From the IMG/VR virus record IMGVR_UViG_3300042342_001499: a stretch of 64,000 bases of DNA; one strand, 5' to 3'. Below the pieces are notes generated by a model. That model was not told where the DNA came from. It saw nothing but the letters and a program-made list of their open reading frames with translations, and searched no databases. Position numbers and translations under genes: made by a program. The DNA comes from an uncultured virus (IMG/VR IMGVR_UViG_3300042342_001499). Taxonomy: Duplodnaviria > Heunggongvirae > Uroviricota > Caudoviricetes. Every line of letters starts with the position of its first letter. The first letter of the stretch is position 1. This document shows positions 57,528-64,000 of this stretch, one piece after another.

Positions 57528-58484
57528 TTATCCCTTCTTCGGGATTCTAAACAGAGTGTCAAGTATTTCCATTCGTCTCACTAAATCCGAGTCATCTAAA
57601 GGAAGTACATCTGAAGGGGATTGTGTGTCCTCGTCTTCTCCTTCCAAATCGTATTTGACATCACCCGTTGCTGAAAGGTCGAATTGCATTTTTATATTAA
57701 CCTCGCCTCTTCGGTTCTTAGTGAACATCACATAGCGAGTACCGTCCTTATCAAACCTAAGCTCCATCATACCTGTCGTATTATGCTTAAGCTTATTTGA
57801 TCCGAGAAACACTCCCTCTTTTGTGACCTGTTGGATACACAAGAAACTCGTCCACTTCTTAGAGTCATTATTCGACATGTTGTGGTGACGCATAAGATCG
57901 ATTAACCATTTCTCCGTCTTCTTAGCTGTCATACCGCTGGCTTCCGCAACCGTGTCCTGAACCTCGACAAATGAATCGATAAGTACCACATCGTAACCTC
58001 GGTTCAACATAGTCTCAATAATTGATTTGGGATTTTCGTCTATGTACTCGCCAAGGAATAGAATGTCGAGATCTCCAAACTTAGGATATCGTTGTACGTA
58101 TCTGTAAAGATCCACTCGGTCCATTTCACCAGATATGAAAAGTACTGAAGCTCCGTTATTCTGTAAGTCGGCTAGAATATCCATCGACACTGTGCTCTTA
58201 CCGACACCAGGGTCTCCAACCAACATAAAGTTGGTAGCCCTAGGAAAACCACCTTCGGAACTTAGAAGGGTGTCGATTGGCTTATGCGTCTTAAGGCACT
58301 TAAATAAATCGGGGTCAAATGAGAGTTCGCTCATCTTCACACTCTCTGGAGAAATCCCTATTGCCTTAGCCGCTTCCGAGATCGTGTCGCCTTTAGCTAA
58401 TCTCTTAGCTTCAAAACTCTTCCGAACACTCTCAGCGATTTTCGCTTTAGCTTCATCTGACATGGGTTTTCTTGGTGCATTCAT
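57528..58484 (-). CDS. RadA/Sms-like RecA-superfamily ATPase with N-terminal NUMOD3-like motif
   Basis: GDPGVGKST, FISGEM, VLIDS, QVTKEG.F.G...LKH, KNR; no zinc finger or Lon-like domain. Confidence 0.8.
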   Translation of the reverse strand: MNAPRKPMSDEAKAKIAESVRKSFEAKRLAKGDTISEAAKAIGISPESVKMSELSFDPDLFKCLKTHKPIDTLLSSEGGFPRATNFMLVGDPGVGKSTVSMDILADLQNNGASVLFISGEMDRVDLYRYVQRYPKFGDLDILFLGEYIDENPKSIIETMLNRGYDVVLIDSFVEVQDTVAEASGMTAKKTEKWLIDLMRHHNMSNNDSKKWTSFLCIQQVTKEGVFLGSNKLKHNTTGMMELRFDKDGTRYVMFTKNRRGEVNIKMQFDLSATGDVKYDLEGEDEDTQSPSDVLPLDDSDLVRRMEILDTLFRIPKKG

Positions 58485-58535
58485 TTTATGAGATTTGAGA
58501 TAAAAATAATCAATCGATTCCGAAATAAAAAATGA

Positions 58536-59411
58536 TTATTCTTCGTTTACCGCAATGGTGTTTTTAATGCGCTCAGCAAATTCGTAATTCTCGTCTTGAA
58601 CTGCCATCTGCTCCATAACCTCTAGAACCACTTTCGGAAATTCATCAAGTACGCCTTTATCATACACATAGCGTATTGAATTAATCTCGTAATCTTCTAA
58701 CTCGTCAGCAGTCTCAGCTTCAATCTCATATAAACGGTCAAGGAACCATTCAGGAGAGCCTTGAATATCTGCGGCTAATTCATGAGCTTCATTTGAACCA
58801 CCCTCCGGTGTGTACTCTTCGACTAAATCTCCTGCTTGAAATGTGTACTCGCCGCAATTGTGACCAAAGTCCTCATCCGCATATCTCATACTAATAACTG
58901 CTTCCGGATACTTACGGCTTAAAGCCTCTATTACTGGATAAGGTGTACTCCACGCGGTTTCAAATGCGATCTCGTTACTTCCTTCGTCTGACGACTGAGA
59001 GTAAGCGTTCCATTTAGTACCCCAGTTAGCATTACTCCATGAGTACCAATCTTGGTGTCCGTATAATCTCACGTTATCCAAAGCCTTCTGAGCCTCTTCT
59101 AAATTAGCAAGCCCCTTATCACACATATGCGTGATTAAATCATCCTCTGTCGCAAACTCAGTCGCCCAATTGAACTCCATTATCTTTCTGATATCGGAAG
59201 GGTCACCTGCACGCCACTTTAAAATAGCAATGCCATTACTTGTGGAACTACCACTTGTGATATTTAATGTGTCCGGACGAGGTACGATTTTATTGAAATC
59301 AATAAACCTAGGCTCTCCGTCTTCATATTCACCAGCGATCTCTGATTTAATTCTAGCGACTAATTCTTCTGGTCCTGTGATTGTTAAAATGTTCGTTACG
59401 TGATTTGGCAT
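58536..59411 (-). CDS. DUF1281/Api92-like protein with C-terminal UVR-like motif
   Basis: MPNHVTN, WYSW...NWGTKWN, FETAWSTP; AVQDENYEFAERIKN. Confidence 0.7.
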   Translation of the reverse strand: MPNHVTNILTITGPEELVARIKSEIAGEYEDGEPRFIDFNKIVPRPDTLNITSGSSTSNGIAILKWRAGDPSDIRKIMEFNWATEFATEDDLITHMCDKGLANLEEAQKALDNVRLYGHQDWYSWSNANWGTKWNAYSQSSDEGSNEIAFETAWSTPYPVIEALSRKYPEAVISMRYADEDFGHNCGEYTFQAGDLVEEYTPEGGSNEAHELAADIQGSPEWFLDRLYEIEAETADELEDYEINSIRYVYDKGVLDEFPKVVLEVMEQMAVQDENYEFAERIKNTIAVNEE

Positions 59412-59474
59412 ATTCCTTTGTTTAATTGGTTAAGACAAATATATAGAATTTTCTACAAAGAAAAAAATGATTCC

Positions 59475-60302
59475 TTAAATTTTTAATTCTTTTTCAAGCC
59501 ACATAAATAAATGATTTAATTCATCCCTTCCTATCCCATTAATAATCGGTATAACTTGTTTTCCTATTCTTGAAGCATTGAAGAATAACTTTCTGTAGGA
59601 GTCGTCACTTATAGAATACAATTGGGGAGTATAGAGATGAAACAGAAAACTTGGTTTTATTAATTCAGCAAGTCTTTCAGAAGTGATTACTTTACTTTCG
59701 ACCAAAGAATAAGTATATGTAAATTCACCATTGTCATCTGTGGCTTCTTTAGAAAATTCAAATTTATTTTTTTTAATCTTCCTTAATTTCTTAATTCTAT
59801 CTTTTCCGTAATCATCATTATATTCTCTTTCCCATTCAGTTTCTTTTTCTAAAAGACCTTTGAGCTGCTTTTCGTCAACCACATCTTTGGAAACAATAAT
59901 GAAATAATTAACCACTTCTTCGTCTATATCTCTATAATCGTCCTCCTCTTTTCTGCATTCTTCAACCAAAGAGATAATTAGCTCCTTGTTTTCATCCTTT
60001 AAAGCTTGTAGCTTTACTTGGAGCTCTTTTTGGTCAGCCTTCTTACTTGATAGCTTTAGACTCTCAATAGCTTTAATAGCTTTAGTCTCTATATCGACGT
60101 CTAATATATCTGCCATTTCTAAAAGATTAATACCTAAAGAAACACAAAGATCATCTAATATAGCCATTGGTATAGAAGTAGGACTGGTCTTTAGCGAATC
60201 TAAAAGATCTTCATTTATAGAAATTTGATCTCTCTCGATGTTTGCTAAAGCAATTTTAGAAATCCCTTTTTTTAATGCTTTAATTTTTTCGTATTTTTCC
60301 AT
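59475..60302 (-). CDS. Hypothetical coiled-coil protein
   Basis: Promoter and leader; stop 3 nt from the next promoter. Confidence 0.6.
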   Translation of the reverse strand: MEKYEKIKALKKGISKIALANIERDQISINEDLLDSLKTSPTSIPMAILDDLCVSLGINLLEMADILDVDIETKAIKAIESLKLSSKKADQKELQVKLQALKDENKELIISLVEECRKEEDDYRDIDEEVVNYFIIVSKDVVDEKQLKGLLEKETEWEREYNDDYGKDRIKKLRKIKKNKFEFSKEATDDNGEFTYTYSLVESKVITSERLAELIKPSFLFHLYTPQLYSISDDSYRKLFFNASRIGKQVIPIINGIGRDELNHLFMWLEKELKI

Positions 60303-60362
60303 ATTCCTTTGTTTAATTGGTTAACTCAAATATATGGAATTTTCTACAAAGAAAAAAATGAT

Positions 60363-60887
60363 TTATGACATTTTTGTATCATAACGATTAATCAATTTCA
60401 GAATCGTCTCCTGGTGTTTGTACTCGTACACACTCATAAGGGCTAACCAATAGATATGTTCCACCTTGCCTAATACGATAACATCAGGTGTAGCGAAAGG
60501 TGTTCGATCTGCTGCCACTTGTTGTAGGCTTCGTAATTGACCGATACCAACTTGAAGTTTCATATGACCTTCGGGATCCACACCGTCTAAAATACGATCC
60601 AAAGCAATTCCTGTTTTTGATTCGACCTCTTCAACATCCACTCCGAAGAATTCGCCAGATCCTAATTGACCTCCTAAATCCTGATACATCTTATTGTGAA
60701 TCCGAGACATGTCCCCATACACATTCTGAACATCGTTCCAGAATAAATCGAACCTCTTCTCACTGCGGTCTAACATATCACCTGCACCATCGAGTATACG
60801 TGCCATACGCTTACTCTTATCATTACCACGTGCAAGGTCATCAACGATACCTCTTAAAGACGCAATTAAAATAGTTTTTGATTCCAT
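60363..60887 (-). CDS. Hypothetical protein
   Basis: Own promoter; stop overlaps the next promoter motif. Confidence 0.6.
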   Translation of the reverse strand: MESKTILIASLRGIVDDLARGNDKSKRMARILDGAGDMLDRSEKRFDLFWNDVQNVYGDMSRIHNKMYQDLGGQLGSGEFFGVDVEEVESKTGIALDRILDGVDPEGHMKLQVGIGQLRSLQQVAADRTPFATPDVIVLGKVEHIYWLALMSVYEYKHQETILKLINRYDTKMS

Positions 60888-61137
60888 AGTTTCCCCTTTT
60901 GTTTAAACAAATATAAGAGATTATTCTAAATAAAAAAAATGATTCATAGAAATTTCTATAAATTTATCGCGGAATCCGAGCGGCTCGCACTACGGAATCC
61001 GACTGCCGGATTACACCCTGGGGTTCCCCAAGAATTCTGCGGATGCAACGCAGAGAAAATCCGGATGTGGCTGCGGATTACCCACGGGGGTTCCTCAGTC
61101 GTCATCGATTCGGTTAGAAATTTCTAAATAAACCCCC

Positions 61138-61222
61138 ACAAAAAAACCGAGACGAATCTCGGTTTTTACTAACCAATATAAACCTAAACAATATATAAGC
61201 GAAACCTGAGTGTGATTTCACA
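61138..61222 (-). ncRNA. Candidate small regulatory RNA (about 85 nt)
   Basis: TATATTTG box at 61226-61233, no ORF, U-rich segment UUGUUUAGGUUUAUAUUGGUUAGU, terminator at 61140-61167. Confidence 0.55.
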
Positions 61223-61278
61223 TTGCAAATATAACACATTCTTTGCGGATAAAAAAATTTATCTCGGATAAATACAGT

Positions 61279-61710
61279 ATGCGGACAATTAAACTATACG
61301 AAAATTTCGGACAAGATCGCCTCGCCTTCTCTAGCAAGGTGGGTAGGGAAGACACACACCTCACTCTCTATGACGAACCAATGGATATGAGAAATGCATT
61401 GATCAATGGCGGAGTGGTTAATTGGGATATTGCTTTCTCCAAGAAATCATGGGGAATCGCACTAGGTGACACACCCACCACTATCACATCTATGAGATTT
61501 GATTACGAAGTGGAAGACGAAGACAATGAGGACGGAGATTACGTAGAGAAAGAGTGGGAAATCCCAGAAGGTGTCTTCTCTCCTGAGCAATTCACCACAG
61601 AGCTTAACAAGTTCCCTCTTTACCTTGAAGCTGTTGATATCAATATGAGACACACAATGGATCCTAAGTTCTGGAAGATCACTCTCTATTTAGGCGGAGA
61701 CCAGCATTAA
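61279..61710 (+). CDS. Putative internal virion protein
   Basis: Start at MRTIKLYENF right after GGATAAATA. Confidence 0.6.
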   Translation: MRTIKLYENFGQDRLAFSSKVGREDTHLTLYDEPMDMRNALINGGVVNWDIAFSKKSWGIALGDTPTTITSMRFDYEVEDEDNEDGDYVEKEWEIPEGVFSPEQFTTELNKFPLYLEAVDINMRHTMDPKFWKITLYLGGDQH

Positions 61711-61822
61711 TTCTTAGAAATTTCTACAAACATTACCCCTTCGCACACGTATCCGCGCGGGGTCCCCACCAGGTCGGTCCTCACAAAAAACCCCAGATCG
61801 AAATCCGGGGTTAATCAAATAG

Positions 61823-62461
61823 TTATTTACTCATCTTAACCTCAGTGCCTTCAGACGTCACACTCACGGTGATGTTAACACCGAACTCTTTAACGATCTG
61901 AGCAAGCTGTGTCAATTCTATAGCGTTGCTAGAGTGGGAAGGCACACTCACATGTGTCTTTACCGATTCCACAATTGCTTCGATAGCTGGAGCAGAGATC
62001 GCATTCTCCATTGGCTTACGTACTCGAGTGATGCCAGTAGGAGTTACAAATCTTGTCTCCGGATCAACAATGAATCCCTCATCGATCAATTGACTCTTAT
62101 GACAGTAGATAGCTGCAGCACTACGACCTAATAAATCAACAGTCTCTTCCACTGTCATCTTACTAAGCACTGCTTCTCTTAACATCTCATCTTCAGCCTG
62201 CGTCCATCTTCGATTTGAATTAGGAGTTATTTTATTCTGACTAGATTTACGTATCTTACGTCCATTCTTAGTGGTAGGGGTTTTAATAGTGCCATCTGGT
62301 AAGTAACGTGTACCTCTCGGTCTCACTTTGTTACCTAAGATTCTTCGTAGAGTCTCAGGATTAATGTTATGTGTTAACGCCACTTCTTTCAAAGTTCTGT
62401 TACCAGTCACATAGTCTCTGGTTGCTGCAGTCTTAACTGCCTTGGTGATAATTCTCGCCAT
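61823..62461 (-). CDS. DNA-binding protein (HTH plus Myb/SANT-like repeat)
   Basis: TLKEVA..HNINPETLRRIL; RRWTQAEDEML...LGRS..AI. Confidence 0.65.
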   Translation of the reverse strand: MARIITKAVKTAATRDYVTGNRTLKEVALTHNINPETLRRILGNKVRPRGTRYLPDGTIKTPTTKNGRKIRKSSQNKITPNSNRRWTQAEDEMLREAVLSKMTVEETVDLLGRSAAAIYCHKSQLIDEGFIVDPETRFVTPTGITRVRKPMENAISAPAIEAIVESVKTHVSVPSHSSNAIELTQLAQIVKEFGVNITVSVTSEGTEVKMSK

Positions 62462-62482
62462 TGTTTATTTAGATTTAAAAAG

Positions 62483-62851
62483 TTACATTTCTTCAACAAA
62501 GAACATAGCCATAGTGATACGCTTACCATTAGCTCGTGCTATCTGACGAGCTGCAGATGTCATATCCTTAGCTTGCTCTCTGGTTATTGTTTGCGGTGTA
62601 TCCGCATGTGAAACCCCAGTAGGGATTTTAACCTCTTTACCACTTGAGGTCTTCACCTTAGGTGATTTAGTCTTGAACTTGATCTTCTGTGGCTTAACCA
62701 ATCCCATTTGCGATTTCTGCCATGTCACAGCAGCTGGTGTGCGTCCTAACTCAGTAGAGATCTCTTCAATAGACTTTCCCTCTTTACTCATCGTCTTTAA
62801 AGTCTTACGATCTGACTTGGTCCAAACTGTCCCTTTCTTATTTGTAATCAT
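62483..62851 (-). CDS. Myb/SANT-like HTH DNA-binding protein
   Basis: WTKSDRKTL....G.SIEEIS.ELGRTPAAV. Confidence 0.65.
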   Translation of the reverse strand: MITNKKGTVWTKSDRKTLKTMSKEGKSIEEISTELGRTPAAVTWQKSQMGLVKPQKIKFKTKSPKVKTSSGKEVKIPTGVSHADTPQTITREQAKDMTSAARQIARANGKRITMAMFFVEEM

Positions 62852-62929
62852 ATCTTCTTTTGTGAGTTTGTTTTTAATTTGTTATTGCAAATATAGAGAC
62901 TTCTTATAAAAGAAAAAAAGGATTCCTAG

Positions 62930-64000
62930 AAATAACTCTCTCACACGAACGCGGGCACGTCACGCGTTTATATAAGAACACAAAGGAAACAAAAGACACT
63001 CGGACAAATTCCCGAGAACACCTTCGGGGTTCCCTGAGTCTCCCCGGGTTTCCCAGAGAATCCCAGATTCTCTAGGTATATCCTCGTGGAGGAGACTCAG
63101 GGATTCACACAGAAAAGGAGGTAACCAAAACAATCCAGGAACTTCCCAGAAATTCTCTGACAATCCCTGGGATCCACTCGCAGAAAATCTAAGAGAATCC
63201 CGGATAGCGAACCAAAAAATTATTCGGGGAGACTCCGAAGATCCTTTGTAATTCCCCTAGTGAAAAAATAAAAGAAGATCTTGGATTAGATTGGATTCTC
63301 ACGTGCACGTACACGCAAGGGGACCTGGGGAGGTCCCACGGGGACACACGTGGAAAGAGGGTTTAACCTTGCGCACTTTGTAGTATATTCTATATTCTTT
63401 CCACAAAGTTCCAGGGATCTCCACTAGTCTCCACAAATCCCCACTTTCTCTCTCTAATTTCCAGGGAATTTCCAGGAGGGTTCAGAGGGGTTAAGAGGTG
63501 GAGATTTACCCTTGCCTGTGGGTCTCTACTATAAGGGACTTCTCTCATGTACTCTGTATAGAGAGAGGTGTGTGCTTATGTGAGTTCTCTATGTGGGTAC
63601 TCTCTAGTAGGATGTGCACTTTATTATGTGAATTATTTGTTTTGATTAGTTCTGATAAGGTTTCGGGTTATGTGTGTGATATAGTAATGTGTGAGTTCTC
63701 TATATAGTGATTGTGTGTCTTCTCTATGTAGGTGTTGATGTTCTTTACTCTAGTAGAGTTGTTTGTGTTATTAAAGAGCGAGGGCGTGTTTGGGGTTTTC
63801 TTTGTGTTTTGTCCCCCCTTCGAAAGGTGAGATTTTTCTCTGATTTAAGTGTGTGTTTTCCGAGTGTTTTCTGGTGGTTAAATAGAGATTTTTCTATTCC
63901 GCGCTTTGTTGAGATTTAGGATAGGTATTCGGGGCGAACTAGGTATTTCTTATAAATGAGGCGAAAAACCGGGGCAAAACGAGGCAAGTTTATAGGTGCC
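62930..64000. other. Long non-coding, compositionally biased region
   Basis: No credible ORF; CCC/GGG-rich dyads followed by a G/T-rich, TG-repeat-rich tract. Confidence 0.6.

Larger units (their letters stand above)
33830..61812 (-). terminator. Family of about 20 intrinsic terminators, many with cUUCGg tetraloops and a TTTTTTGTG tail
   Basis: Examples: 35610-35637, 36197-36222, 38123-38147, 39539-39558, 43986-44010, 44545-44567, 49135-49159, 55957-55988, 61140-61167, 61785-61812. Confidence 0.85.
34064..62925 (-). promoter_or_regulatory. Early promoter family AATC(A/G)TTTTTT...TAnnTT(T/A)G, 23-nt spacer; more than 40 copies in the window
   Basis: Spacing checked at 38626-38662, 45590-45626, 59436-59472 and 2147-2183. 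The downstream box equals the Bacteroidota -7 consensus TAnnTTTG. Confidence 0.88.
33661..63040. repeat. Dispersed dyad motif CTG(A/G)GG-NN-CC(C/T)CAG, about 35 copies
   Basis: Examples: 33724 CCTGAGGTGCCTCAGG, 37261, 37374, 38069, 39486, 47069, 49037, 52720, 55909, 61017. Manual count; not seen in full form left of 33.6 kb. Confidence 0.85.

Noticed and set aside
33800..62900. True integron with attC sites
   Set aside because: No integrase and no consistent RYYYAAC...GTTRRRY bounded hairpins; the cassettes carry their own promoters.
62960..63919. ORFs 62960-63163, 63498-63707 and 63707-63919
   Set aside because: Low-complexity translations of a biased non-coding tract without the expression signals seen elsewhere.
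1..64000. Stop-codon recoding (as in some large Bacteroidota phages)
   Set aside because: Genes are full length in code 11 and TAA, TAG and TGA all terminate well-defined ORFs.

Overview
AT-rich segment of a very large dsDNA bacteriophage (jumbo/huge phage) that probably infects a Bacteroidota host. The host call rests on a Bacteroidota-type primary sigma factor, TAnnTTTG promoter boxes and the absence of Shine-Dalgarno motifs. Nearly all genes are on the minus strand and the code is standard. 1-12.3 kb holds a hydrophobic virion-type protein, a sigma-70 factor and an 11-gene sugar-modification cluster. 12.4-33.3 kb holds mostly late-type genes behind a GATATATA box, many starting with an MKH[IVL]KxFE-type capsid-targeting-like peptide, plus accessory enzymes. 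A G-run-rich non-coding boundary lies at 33.4-33.8 kb. 33.8-63 kb is an array of short cassettes: promoter AATCAT-N23-TAnnTT(T/A)G, AACCAATTAAA leader, small ORF, terminator, then a GC-rich palindrome CTGRGG-NN-CCYCAG. The most unusual items are (i) two tRNA-Leu-shaped RNAs with identical outer arms and unrelated 70-80 nt inserts replacing the anticodon, (ii) a candidate sRNA and 3' UTR motifs antisense to the shared early leader, (iii) about 35 copies of a dyad site confined to the early region, (iv) a shared C-terminal GxxMxxRFG tag on unrelated proteins and (v) direct traces of cassette insertion. Family assignments are from motif recognition by eye and counts are manual; no searches were run.
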